DNA of 64,000 nucleotides from Ignavibacteriota bacterium (GTDB taxonomy: Bacteria; Bacteroidota; Ignavibacteria; UBA10030; UBA6906), in NCBI GenBank assembly GCA_963801355.1, contig CAWDEM010000008.1, positions 2,061,450 to 2,125,449 on the forward strand. The letters run 5' to 3'. The position numbers and the translations under genes are program-made. How positions within the stretch are numbered: position 1 is the first letter of the stretch; each line of letters opens with the position of its first letter. The notes beneath the pieces are model-generated. The model was not told the DNA's origin. It searched no databases and was given only the letters and a program-made list of their open reading frames with translations. Positions 19,006 to 28,795 of the stretch are shown here, in pieces.

Positions 19006-19535
19006 GGAACCTCGGGTATGCCGGAGGTATGATTGGCAAACCGGGCAAGCACGAAGAGGAAATCGGAGAGGCGGTTCAGGTAGATGATGGCATCGTTGCC
19101 GATGTCATCGCTGCGTGCGAGGCGGACAACATGGCGTTCCGCCCTACGGCACACGGTGCGCGCGAAATGCAGACGGGCGGCGACGGGAGAGCCCCCGGGA
19201 AGGATGAAATTCTGGAGGGGCTGTAGAACCGACTCCAGGGCATCGATCTCGCGCTCAAGTGCTTCTCCATCGGAAGATGTGATGCGCCGGAGATTCTTCG
19301 CATCGACCGACCGGGGCGTGGCCAGATCCGCACCCAGAACAAACAGCTGCTGTTGAATGCCGGCCAGAAGCCGGTCAATATCTCCCTGCGCGTTATCGGC
19401 ACGGACAATCCCCAGCACGGAGTTCAACTCGTCCACGGTACCATAGGCTTCAATCCTGAAGGCATCCTTGGGCACTCGCTGACCGCCGAACAGCGAGGTA
19501 TCGCCTCTGTCTCCGGTGCGTGTGTAGATTTTCAT
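18993..19535 (-). CDS. PduO-type ATP:cob(I)alamin (corrinoid) adenosyltransferase.
   Basis: N-terminus MKIYTRTGDRGDTSLFGG...EAYGTVDELNS is the PduO/MMAB signature. Confidence 0.9.
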   Translation of the reverse strand: MKIYTRTGDRGDTSLFGGQRVPKDAFRIEAYGTVDELNSVLGIVRADNAQGDIDRLLAGIQQQLFVLGADLATPRSVDAKNLRRITSSDGEALEREIDALESVLQPLQNFILPGGSPVAARLHFARTVCRRAERHVVRLARSDDIGNDAIIYLNRLSDFLFVLARFANHTSGIPEVPWKS

Positions 19536-19562
19536 GGCTCGAATGTAACCAAAACCTGTATA

Positions 19563-19592
19563 AGAACCAACGGCCGCCCGTAGGCGGCCGTT
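19563..19592 (-). terminator. Candidate terminator hairpin downstream of the Yip1-like gene.
   Basis: A perfect 13-bp stem, ACCAACGGCCGCC / GGCGGCCGTTGGT, with a 4-nt loop. On the minus strand it is followed by TTCTTAT. Confidence 0.4.
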
Positions 19593-19620
19593 GGTATCTT
19601 CTCAAGCCCATCGGAAATAC

Positions 19621-20214
19621 TTACATGCCGCCCAGTCCGCCGAACGCGGTCAGCCCGAGCATGCCGAACATAATCACCGAAAGTATGGCGCCAAGGATCA
19701 TGTAGACGACGATGAGTATGACCGCAGTCACCACCAGATAGATCACGATCTTGTCCTGCGGGGTCTTCATCGTGTGGGGAAGGCCGAGATACATCAGGTA
19801 GAGGCCGTACAGCGCAGCGAGGCTTGCGATGATACCCAGCGCCGGGACGATATTCAGAATGCCGGCGACCCAGGCGGGTGTGTAGGAATAGGCCACCAGT
19901 TGCATCGCCCTGCCGAAATTCTTCTGTGATCCGAAGTTCGGCGCGAGGAGGTCCACCACGAATGCGGTCACATACACTCCAACCACGGTGGAAACAAAGG
20001 AGATGACACCGAACGCGATTCCCCAGGTGAACGAGTGCATGAAGCCCTGTCCGACCAGACCGTAGCCGATGAGACTGGCCACAGCCGGAATGAGGGCCAG
20101 CGGGATGACGTAGCCGGTCATAATCGCCATGGCGTTCGGCTCTTCCGCTGCAATTACCGGCCATTCGGTTTTCGGCGTCATAATGATGTTCTTTGCGCGT
20201 TCAAAAAGATTCAT
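19621..20214 (-). CDS. Yip1-family (DUF1282-like) integral membrane protein.
   Basis: N-terminus MNLFERAKNIIMTPKTEWPVIAAEE followed by five TM helices. Strong ribosome-binding site GGAGGTG. Confidence 0.65.
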   Translation of the reverse strand: MNLFERAKNIIMTPKTEWPVIAAEEPNAMAIMTGYVIPLALIPAVASLIGYGLVGQGFMHSFTWGIAFGVISFVSTVVGVYVTAFVVDLLAPNFGSQKNFGRAMQLVAYSYTPAWVAGILNIVPALGIIASLAALYGLYLMYLGLPHTMKTPQDKIVIYLVVTAVILIVVYMILGAILSVIMFGMLGLTAFGGLGGM

Positions 20215-20562
20215 GGCACCTCCTGGTATGATGTTATAGTACAGAGGCTTGATAAGATAGTAGGTTGGTCAGGCTGGCTAGCTCACGATCAAGCCAATAT
20301 AGTACATCGGGAATGATTACGCAACAAGAAAGGAGGATATGTCGATGCAGGATAGGTCGATGCAGCAGAATGCCCAAATGCCCACGCACATGCTCGAATC
20401 ACGACATCCTTGTCGTCGAGGTGCGGGGGCAATGGGGAGTGTACCACCTGTCACTCCTATTGTCGGCTGAGCGACGGTAAACTTTAGCGAGCTTCCCGAA
20501 AATATTCGGCGAATATTCGTGAGAATTGGCTGATTGATTGCCGCGGGATTCTGACCGGGGCA

Positions 20563-21123
20563 TCACGCAGACAGGTGGGAAACAAGGATCCGGATGGCGA
20601 TTGCGATCAGGACAGCGCCGCCGATGGCTTCCGCCGTCCTCCCGAACCGGACATGAAGGCGGTTTCCCAGGACAACTGCGAAAACGCAGACAGAACCCGT
20701 GATGAACCCGATGGCAGCGCTCGGCCACCAGATGTCGACGCCGAGGAAGGCAAGGGTAAGGCCGACGGCAAGGGCGTCAATGCTCGTCGCCACAGAAAGC
20801 GCTATCAGCCTCACCCCCCGTGACGGGTCTCTCCGGTCATTCGACTGTTCAAACCTGAATGCCGATGATATCATGCGAACGCCAATAAACACGAGGAGAC
20901 CGAAAGCAATCCAGTGGTCGAAGCTGGCGATCAGCGGTGCGACCCCTACACCCGCAAGCCATCCGATGACCGGCATAAGAAACTGGAAGAGGCCGAAATG
21001 GAACGAAATGCGAAATGTCGCTCGTCCGCCGGCAATTCGCCCGGTAGAGGCCGCGGCAAGCGCGACCGCAAAGGCGTCAATCGACAATGCCAGCGCAAGG
21101 ATGAGAACTTCAATGAGAGTCAC
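20563..21123 (-). CDS. mntP: Manganese efflux pump MntP family.
   Basis: Two DUF204 repeats containing LSIDAFAV / SIDALAV, with six TM helices. Confidence 0.8.
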   Translation of the reverse strand: MTLIEVLILALALSIDAFAVALAAASTGRIAGGRATFRISFHFGLFQFLMPVIGWLAGVGVAPLIASFDHWIAFGLLVFIGVRMISSAFRFEQSNDRRDPSRGVRLIALSVATSIDALAVGLTLAFLGVDIWWPSAAIGFITGSVCVFAVVLGNRLHVRFGRTAEAIGGAVLIAIAIRILVSHLSA

Positions 21124-21137
21124 CGCCGCTTACCCCC

Positions 21138-22232
21138 TCATGCTTCAGTATGCTCCCACGCCTCGAAAACGGCGGAGATATTTGCGGCACTGTTGTCTTT
21201 CCCCCACTCACACTGCGCGATCACTCCTCCCCTGCCGTTGTCCAGAGCCTTGCGCACACGGCGTACGGCGGCATGGACTTCCGCGGGTGTTCCGAAAGGG
21301 AGGATCCTCTGTCGATCGATCTCTCCCCAGAATGTAATCTTTCCCCGGTGCAGCTCCCCCAGCCTTTCGATATCCATGCAAAAGAGCTGCGAATTCAGAG
21401 CATCCACACCGATTTCAATGAGGTCGGGATAGATGGCCTCGATATTGCCGTCCGAGTGGAAGAACACGAATTTGCCTGCCCGCTTGATGATTTCGCAATA
21501 CTCCCGGTACATGGGTTTGAACAATTCGCGCCACGTGACAGGATTGATGAGGAGTGAAGTGTTGGATCCCCAGTCATCCATCAGTGAAACCGCATCCACA
21601 TTCGTCCGCGACCAGGCAAGCACATCCTCCCGGTAGTAGTCATGCACCATTGCGATGAGCGTACGGGCTTCCTCCGTGCCGTAGGCAAGATCCATATACA
21701 GATTTTCGGGGCCCCGGAGGAACTGCAGCCGCTCAAACGGCCGGGCGCACGTCGCTGAGACCATGAAGAGCGGGCTGGAGTCGCAATCCCTGTTGACGTT
21801 ATCCCAGTTGCGGGAGCGAATGTGTTCCCATGGCGGCCTGAAGGTGCGGAGCGCCGACCAGTCCCTCAAGACCGGCTCCTTGACCTCCCCGATCACTCCG
21901 GGTTCGCCGACATGCCAGACGCTCCCCCATTCATCCCGGTAGGTACCGGCATGCGCCAGCTTCTGGATGTCCGCATCGTCGGACCCCGGACTCAGTTCGG
22001 GGCGTCCGAAATCCCCGGGGAAGCGGGCGAGCATATCATCGAGTTCCTGCTTCCGGAACAGGGAGATGTACGGAAGCGCCCAGAGGTCCCTGGGCGGCCT
22101 GTCAGGTGTGGAGAAAGTCAATGCAGCGCGGACTCTTTCACGGGAGGTCATCGATACCGGTCCAGGATAAAGCGACAGAATGTGAGTGGTCAATATATAA
22201 GTAATACAGGGAATACGCAAAACGCTTGACAA
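21138..22232 (-). CDS. Uroporphyrinogen decarboxylase (URO-D) superfamily protein. It is not a canonical HemE and may be an MtaA/CmuA-like or other URO-D-like enzyme.
   Basis: Length and TIM-barrel pattern fit URO-D, but the HemE N-terminal PVWxMRQAGR motif is absent. Confidence 0.6.
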   Translation of the reverse strand: MSSVLRIPCITYILTTHILSLYPGPVSMTSRERVRAALTFSTPDRPPRDLWALPYISLFRKQELDDMLARFPGDFGRPELSPGSDDADIQKLAHAGTYRDEWGSVWHVGEPGVIGEVKEPVLRDWSALRTFRPPWEHIRSRNWDNVNRDCDSSPLFMVSATCARPFERLQFLRGPENLYMDLAYGTEEARTLIAMVHDYYREDVLAWSRTNVDAVSLMDDWGSNTSLLINPVTWRELFKPMYREYCEIIKRAGKFVFFHSDGNIEAIYPDLIEIGVDALNSQLFCMDIERLGELHRGKITFWGEIDRQRILPFGTPAEVHAAVRRVRKALDNGRGGVIAQCEWGKDNSAANISAVFEAWEHTEA

Positions 22233-22254
22233 GAAATGAAGGAATCCGTATATT
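22226..22254 (+). promoter_or_regulatory. Candidate sigma70-like promoter for the nitric oxide reductase gene: TTGACA-N17-TATATT.
   Basis: TTGACA at 22226-22231, a 17-nt spacer, and TATATT at 22249-22254. The ribosome-binding site AAGGAGA precedes the ATG at 22294. Confidence 0.35.
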
Positions 22255-22293
22255 CAGACTGCTTTATCTGAAATACCCAACCAAGGAGAACAC

Positions 22294-24517
22294 TATGAGA
22301 AAATACTGGATCGCGTTTGTCGCGGTCATTGTGATTGGCTTCCTGGTGCTCGGCTGGGCGGGATGGCGCATTTATCAGGAGAAACCGCCGATCCCCACCG
22401 CAGTGGTCGCCACGAACGGAACAGTCGTGATCACCGGAGAGGATATCCAGCGCGGGCAGAATGTCTGGCAGGCGATGGGAGGGATGGAACTCGGATCCAT
22501 CTGGGGACATGGAGCGTACGTTGCGCCCGACTGGACCGCCGACTGGCTTCACCGCGAGTGCATGATCGTACTTGATGCCTGGGCAAGCAACGTCGCCGGC
22601 AGGCCGTATGACGGCCTCTCGATCGAACAGAAGGCTGCTCTCAAGGCGCATCTCAGTGAAGTCATGCGCAGGAATTCTTATGACCCCGCTACCGGGAAGA
22701 TCACCATCGACCCGGAGCGCGTGATGGCGTACAGGATCAACGCGCAATACTACTCCCAGTTATTCAAGAACGGCAACGCGGCATACGCCATCCCCCGGGG
22801 TGCGGTCACGGACAGCATCAAGCTGCAGCAGTTGAGCGCGTTCTTCTTCTGGACATCGTGGGCGGCAAGCACAAACCGCCCGGGAGAAGAGATCACCTAC
22901 ACAAGCAACTGGCCCCATGAAGACCTCGTCGAAAATCACCCGACCGCAGATGCCGTCGTGTGGACCGGGGTCAGCATCATTCTTCTCCTCGCCGGCATCG
23001 CCGGCATGGTCTGGTACTACGCATCACACAAGGAAGACGCCGTTCCGGCGACACTGCCGGCAACCGACCCCCTGTTCGGCAGCACGTTCACCCGGTCACA
23101 ACGTGCCACCCTCAAGTACTTCTTCGTAGTCTCCGCGCTCATTCTCGTGCAGATACTCGTGGGCGTGGTCACCGCACACTACGGTGTGGAAGGCGACGGC
23201 TTCTATGGCATTCCCCTCGCGGCGTGGCTGCCGTACGTCCTCAGCCGCACCTGGCACGTGCAGCTCGGCATTTTCTGGATCGCCACAGCCTGGCTGGCAG
23301 CCGGACTGTTTATCGCCCCGGCGGTGAGCCGTGTAGAGATGAAAGGACAACGCCTCGGCGTGAACGTGCTCTTCGGCGCCCTGCTCCTGGTTGTCATCGG
23401 CTCCATGACAGGCGAATGGCTCAGCGTCCACAACAAACTCACCGGTGACGCATGGTTCTACTTTGGCCACCAGGGTTACGAGTACATCGATCTCGGACGG
23501 GTATGGCAGATCGGCCTGGTCGTGGGTCTCGTGCTCTGGGTCTATCTCGTCGGCCGCAACATTCTTATCGCCATCCGGCGGGGGGATGAGCACAAGCCTC
23601 TTCTCATCCTCTTCCTCGTTTCGACGGTGGCAATCGGCGGATTCTACATGGCAGGATTGATGTGGGGCCAGCACACAAATCTGGCCATCGCGGAGTACTG
23701 GCGTTGGTGGGTCGTGCACCTCTGGGTGGAGGGGTTCTTCGAAGTCTTTGCGACGACAATCATCATCTTCATGTTCGCACGGCTGCAGCTCATTAAAGTC
23801 TGGTCTGCAAATACGGCGGTGATTCTGTCATCGACCGTCTACCTCGCCGGCGGCATCATCGGTACGCTGCATCACCTGTATTTTAGCGGGACGCCGACAT
23901 CGGTGATCGCTCTCGGGGCGGTCTTCAGTGCGCTCGAGGTCGTGCCTCTGGTGCTCGCGGGATATGAGGCTTGGCAGAATCTGCAACTCTCGCGGTCGAC
24001 CCCCTGGATCGTGAATTACCGGTGGCCGATCTTCTTCTTCGTGGCTGTTGCGTTCTGGAATGCGATTGGCGCAGGGTTATTCGGCTTCATGATCAATCCC
24101 CCCATCGCGCTCTACTACATGCAGGGATTGAACACCACACCGGTGCACGGTCATGCAGCCCTTTTCGGCGTGTACGGCATGCTGGGGATCGGGCTGATGC
24201 TGTTTTGTCTGCGGTTCGTCTGGGTCCAGATCGCGTGGAAGGAACGATTGCTGGGTTGGGCCTTCTGGGGGATGAACGTCGGATTGATGCTGATGGTCGC
24301 CGGCAGTCTTCTGCCCGTGGGGATGATGCAGACGTGGGCGTCGGTGAAATACGGCTACTGGTATGCCCGCAGTGCGGACTTCCTGTCGTCGCCCACGGTG
24401 CAGGCCATCAAATGGTCGCGCGTGTTCGGCGACACGGTGTTTGCCCTGGGGGCCGTCGCCCTGGTCGTCTTTGTGTTCGGCCTGGCGATCGGATACTCAC
24501 GTAAAAAGGAGGGCTGA
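22294..24517 (+). CDS. norB: Quinol-dependent nitric oxide reductase large subunit (qNOR, NorZ/NorB-like; heme-copper oxidase subunit I fold).
   Basis: Conserved His-ligand regions HHLYFSGTP and WVVHLWVEGFFEVFAT, with about 14 TM helices. The N-terminal periplasmic extension is typical of qNOR. The start is moved to MRKYWIAF, which is preceded by a ribosome-binding site. Confidence 0.9.
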
Positions 24518-24549
24518 GCTAACGGCTCGTACCCCTTCCAGAGAGACAA

Positions 24550-24589
24550 CGCCCCACTGTGCTATCCACGGTGGGGCGCTGTTCTTTTT
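24550..24589 (+). terminator. Rho-independent terminator after norB.
   Basis: Stem CGCCCCAC / GTGGGGCG (8 bp), a 13-nt loop, then CTGTTCTTTTT. Confidence 0.5.
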
Positions 24590-24601
24590 CCCACAATCCT
24601 G

Positions 24602-24802
24602 CTACACCTTGGTAACGTTCTGCGCCTGCAGCCCCTTGGGACCCTGGGTCACTTCGAACTCGACCTTGTCCCCTTCGTTCAGAGTTTTATATCCCTCGCC
24701 GACGATCGCACGGAAATGCACGAATACGTCTTCGCCCGTCTCCCGCGAAATAAACCCGTAGCCTTTTGCTCCGTTGAACCACTTTACAGTTCCCTTTTCC
24801 AT
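24602..24802 (-). CDS. cspA: Cold-shock protein, CspA family.
   Basis: [18 protein letters not shown]...VFVHF carries the RNP1 and RNP2 motifs. 66 aa. Confidence 0.95.
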   Translation of the reverse strand: MEKGTVKWFNGAKGYGFISRETGEDVFVHFRAIVGEGYKTLNEGDKVEFEVTQGPKGLQAQNVTKV

Positions 24803-25211
24803 AATGGGAAGCTCCTGATGTTTGCTGCCATCCGCAACCGGCGGACACGGCGATCACTCCCGCAAGGTGCCTTTTAACGAAAATCGCAACCACGGTCACC
24901 ATCACCATAGCTGCGATCCATTTTGTTCTGCTGCGGCTGTGTCCAGCTTCAGCAAACATAGTTCCCGGTCAGGGAACCCCAAAAGGCCAACAACGGTGCA
25001 CTGATCGTTGACACCAAACCATAAGAAATCCAAAAAAGAGAAGCAAGAGAAATTATATTTCAGCGAAGATTTTGTCCACCCCGGATCCCCCCCGCCGGCA
25101 TCGTTCCGGTTAGTTGTTTTTTTTGATTTGTCGCGGCATGTAGCGATGAGCCTTTTGCCTTAGCTCCTTTGCCCCCTTTTTTGTATTCTGCAATGCCAGC
25201 CTGAGGAACCC

Positions 25212-27449
25212 ATGCGCATACGCCACGCTCTCCCCATCACCCTGATCGCAATTGCCGCAGCAGCAGCGCTCAGCCAGACGCCCCCGCCACTTTCAACGGT
25301 TCTGCGCATGCACCATGGACGCCCGACGATATTCCTCAACCAGGAACCGGTCGTACCGATGATCTATGCCCTGACGGACGTGCCGGGCGGACGCTGGAGC
25401 TGGGAAGAACTTCCGCAGCACAACATCCGAGAGTTTGCCCGGCACGGCACCCGCCTTTATCAGGTTCATGTTTTCTTTGAACAGATGTGGATGGAGGACG
25501 GCTCCCTGGATATCTCCCCCGCACGCAGACAGATCCGGGGAGTTCTGGAGGCCTGTCCGGATGCAGCAGTCCTGATGCGCTTGCAGGTGACCGCACCGCG
25601 GTGGTGGATGCGCGCACGTCCGGAGGAATGGGTGCGTTACGCCGACACAGGCTACGATGAGGAAAGCGACATCGGGTTTCCACGCATCATAGAAGAGGAT
25701 AATTTCCCCGTCCGGCGGGTCAGCATGGCTTCACTGCCATGGCGCACGGAGGCCGGCAGCACGCTCCGGCAATTCCTCCGCATGCTCGCCGCCACACCGG
25801 AGGGAAATGCCCTGGCCGGCATCCAGGTTGCCAACGGCATCTACGGTGAATGGCACAACTGGGGATTCTTCAGAAATGAACCCGATACAAGTGTGCCGAT
25901 GGCTGCAGCATTCCGGGCGTGGCTCAGGGATTCGTACGGCACGGAAACGGCACTCCGTACGGCGTGGCATTCCCCCACAGCGACGTTCTCCTCGGTGTCC
26001 GTCCCGACGATGCGCGAACGAGAAACCACAGCGGGCATATTCCGCGATCCGGTGCGAGAGCAAAAGACGATCGACTACTATACCTGCGTGCATCAGCTCA
26101 TTGTTGACAACATCCTGTACTTCGCACGCATCGTGAAGGAATCGTGGCCGCGACCGATACTCACCGGAACATTCTACGGGTATTTCTTCTCAATGTTCGG
26201 ACGCCAGGCTGCGGGCGGTCATCTGGAGTTGCAGAGACTCCTCCGTTCACCCTCTATAGACTATCTGTCCGGCCCACAAGCGTACGAGCCGGAGGCGTTG
26301 AAACTTGGTGACCCGTTCCGATCCCGGTCGCTGGTGACGACAGTGAGACTCCACGGGAAACTCTGGCTCGACGAGAACGACACCGAGCCCACCATCCCGA
26401 CCGCACGCGATCCTCGGCACGATCTCCTCCTCCGTAACGCGGTCGCGAATGTCCGGCGCAATACGGTGTCGCCGTACACCAGCGGCATGGGTCTCTGGTA
26501 CTACGATTTTGGCGCTGCGGGCGTGGACCTCGACGGGTTCCGCTACAACAATCGCGGGCCTTGGGGCAACTGGGACCATCCGGTCATCCAGGAGAACATC
26601 CGTCTGATGCGCGAGGAGTTCGAAAAACGATCGTCCGCCGACTACACGAGCCCGGCCGATGTTCTCCTGGTGTTCGACACACGGAGCTACTATCACACGG
26701 CGAGCCTGCGCGGAACCGACCCGGTCAGCGGTGCACTTGTCGATTATGTGTACCTCGCGGCCAGGCGAAGCAGTGTGGCATGTGACGTCCTGCATATCAA
26801 TGACCTTCCCGCGGTCGACATTTCCCGGTACCGCACTGTGGTGTTCGGCAATGTGTTCGTGCTCTCTCAGGAACAGCGCGACTTCATCAAGACGCATGTG
26901 GCCCGTGATCGGCGGACGCTTGTGTGGTTCTACGCCCCGGGAATCTCGGACGGATCTTCCCTCGATCCGGCACGCATCAGCGAGCTGACGGGAATCCGGG
27001 TCATCCCCGTGGCGATCTCCGGGCCGCCGGCAATCACCTGCACTCTGCCGGGTGATACCGCCTGCACGTACGTATTGGGGGACAAACAGCTCTCACCGCT
27101 TTTCTGTGTGCAAGATCCGGACGCGATACCCTACGGCCGATTTCGCGACACGCCCAACGTAGCCCTCGCGCGCAAGGAATTCGGAGACCACTCGTCATGG
27201 TATATCGCCTTGCCGGGCAGAACCGTCGAACCGCTGCGCTCCATCCTCCGCTCCAGCGGCGCACACTGCTACGCCGCACAGGGGGAAATCGTGTACGCCG
27301 GCGGAGGCATCCTGGGAATCCACACAACTGTTGCAGGCGCACACACCGTTGTACTGCGGAATGGTTCGAAGGTATCGTTCAACCTGCCCGAAGGAGCATC
27401 AACCCTCATTCTGGACGCGGAAACGGGAGCCTTGCTGCTCCCGCAGTAG
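25212..27449 (+). CDS. Secreted hypothetical protein, probably a glycoside hydrolase (GH42-like fold with a beta-galactosidase-trimerisation-like middle domain).
   Basis: Signal peptide MRIRHALPITLIAIAAAAALSQ. The GIQVANGIYGEWHNWGF region and a VVFGNVFVLSQEQRDFI...VWFYAPG class-I-GATase-like domain. The function is tentative. Confidence 0.65.
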   Translation: MRIRHALPITLIAIAAAAALSQTPPPLSTVLRMHHGRPTIFLNQEPVVPMIYALTDVPGGRWSWEELPQHNIREFARHGTRLYQVHVFFEQMWMEDGSLDISPARRQIRGVLEACPDAAVLMRLQVTAPRWWMRARPEEWVRYADTGYDEESDIGFPRIIEEDNFPVRRVSMASLPWRTEAGSTLRQFLRMLAATPEGNALAGIQVANGIYGEWHNWGFFRNEPDTSVPMAAAFRAWLRDSYGTETALRTAWHSPTATFSSVSVPTMRERETTAGIFRDPVREQKTIDYYTCVHQLIVDNILYFARIVKESWPRPILTGTFYGYFFSMFGRQAAGGHLELQRLLRSPSIDYLSGPQAYEPEALKLGDPFRSRSLVTTVRLHGKLWLDENDTEPTIPTARDPRHDLLLRNAVANVRRNTVSPYTSGMGLWYYDFGAAGVDLDGFRYNNRGPWGNWDHPVIQENIRLMREEFEKRSSADYTSPADVLLVFDTRSYYHTASLRGTDPVSGALVDYVYLAARRSSVACDVLHINDLPAVDISRYRTVVFGNVFVLSQEQRDFIKTHVARDRRTLVWFYAPGISDGSSLDPARISELTGIRVIPVAISGPPAITCTLPGDTACTYVLGDKQLSPLFCVQDPDAIPYGRFRDTPNVALARKEFGDHSSWYIALPGRTVEPLRSILRSSGAHCYAAQGEIVYAGGGILGIHTTVAGAHTVVLRNGSKVSFNLPEGASTLILDAETGALLLPQ

Positions 27450-27545
27450 GCGCCACAACTTTCAACCCACCGTCACGTTAATACTGGTAGACACCCTCCC
27501 CGAGAGGGGCGTTCCGGTAATGGAATCGGAATTCCTGGAGGCACA

Positions 27546-28742
27546 ATGCTCTACCATCTCAGCGGCAAAAACCTGACGGACGAACAACCCCTTCGTGTCG
27601 CATATTTTTCCGGGACGATGCGTCGTGGACAGGATGGAGTGACGCGCGTGCTGTACCGAACCATTGACGCACTCCATGACCATGGTATCAGAAGCATGTT
27701 TTTCTCACCCGTCGTTCCCGAAGCACGTGCCGCGGAAGCGGTCATGCAGCCCGTTCCTTCGGTGGCCTTCCCGTGGTATCCGGATTATCGGATTGCACTC
27801 CCCGGTTACGGCGCATTTGAAGCATCCCTGCAGCGGTTCCGCCCCGACCTCCTCCATATCCACAGTCCATGCCCTCTCGGCTGCGCCGCCGTTCACTGGG
27901 GAAGCCGCAACCACGTCCCTGTCGTTGCCACGTACCACACACACTTCGCCAGCTTTGCAAAGTACTACAAGGTGAAGGCGCTGGAGCTGTTCGGTTGGAA
28001 CTATCTGCGGTCGCTCTATCATCCCTGTCAGCGGGTCTACGTGCCGTCCGTTCCGATCCTGCATGAACTTGCCACCAGGGGACTGCAACATCTCGCATTC
28101 ATGCCCCACGGTGTCGACGCTGAGTCGTTCAGCCCCCGTCACCGGTCACGCCTGTGGAAAGATGCCGTTGCCCCGGGCGGGAAAAAGGTGCTGCTCTATG
28201 CCGGACGCCTTGTCTGGGAGAAGGATTTGCGGACTCTCGTTGGCGTGTACAATCGTCTCAACGAAGACAGATCCGATTGGACTCTGGTTCTGGCAGGCGA
28301 TGGACCGGTCCGCCGGGAACTTTCGGCGGCTATGCCGGAAGCGAAGTTTCTCGGGAGTCTCTCCGGTCGTGCACTGTCCGTCGCCTATGCCTCAAGTGAC
28401 ATTCTGGTGTTTCCATCCACCACAGAGACCTTCGGCAATGTTGTCATTGAGGCAATGGCTTCGGGGCTTCCTCCCGTTTGCGCGGCGGAAGGCGGGGCGG
28501 GCGGGAGCATACAGCACGGCATCAATGGATTTATTACCAACCCGCGCGATGCATCGGACATCGCCCGGCATATCGTCTTGCTGCTGGAGAATCCCGCACG
28601 ACTTCGTGCGATGGGCAGAGCCGCCCGGGCATACGCGCGCACTCAGACATGGGAAGGGATTTTTGAGCGTTTGTTTGCGGACTACAGGAATGTCATTGCG
28701 GAATATCGGGAGGCAGAACGAAAAGACAAGAAGGCTGCCTGA
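27546..28742 (+). CDS. Glycosyltransferase family 4 (GT-B fold).
   Basis: C-terminal half carries the GT4 sugar-donor motif: LLYAGRLVWEKDL...FPSTTETFGNVVIEAMASGLP. Confidence 0.85.
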   Translation: MLYHLSGKNLTDEQPLRVAYFSGTMRRGQDGVTRVLYRTIDALHDHGIRSMFFSPVVPEARAAEAVMQPVPSVAFPWYPDYRIALPGYGAFEASLQRFRPDLLHIHSPCPLGCAAVHWGSRNHVPVVATYHTHFASFAKYYKVKALELFGWNYLRSLYHPCQRVYVPSVPILHELATRGLQHLAFMPHGVDAESFSPRHRSRLWKDAVAPGGKKVLLYAGRLVWEKDLRTLVGVYNRLNEDRSDWTLVLAGDGPVRRELSAAMPEAKFLGSLSGRALSVAYASSDILVFPSTTETFGNVVIEAMASGLPPVCAAEGGAGGSIQHGINGFITNPRDASDIARHIVLLLENPARLRAMGRAARAYARTQTWEGIFERLFADYRNVIAEYREAERKDKKAA

Positions 28743-28795
28743 TGGGCACGTCCCAGGTTTGAACTGAACTTAGTGCTCAACAAGTTGCAGGGGCA

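Noticed and set aside
20215-20562. Possible yybP-ykoY (manganese) riboswitch near mntP.
   Set aside because: mntP is on the minus strand, and its upstream neighbour is only 14 bp away. The long spacer lies downstream of mntP, upstream of the Yip1-like gene. Its minus-strand sequence shows no obvious match to the conserved Mn-riboswitch cores. It is kept only as an unclassified regulatory region.
24803-25211. Possible small-protein or sRNA gene in the 409-bp csp/GH42-like divergent region.
   Set aside because: Only junk ORFs cross it. The length is explained by the long csp 5' leader, which shows the conserved elements, plus a divergent promoter. No independent sRNA evidence can be read from the sequence alone.
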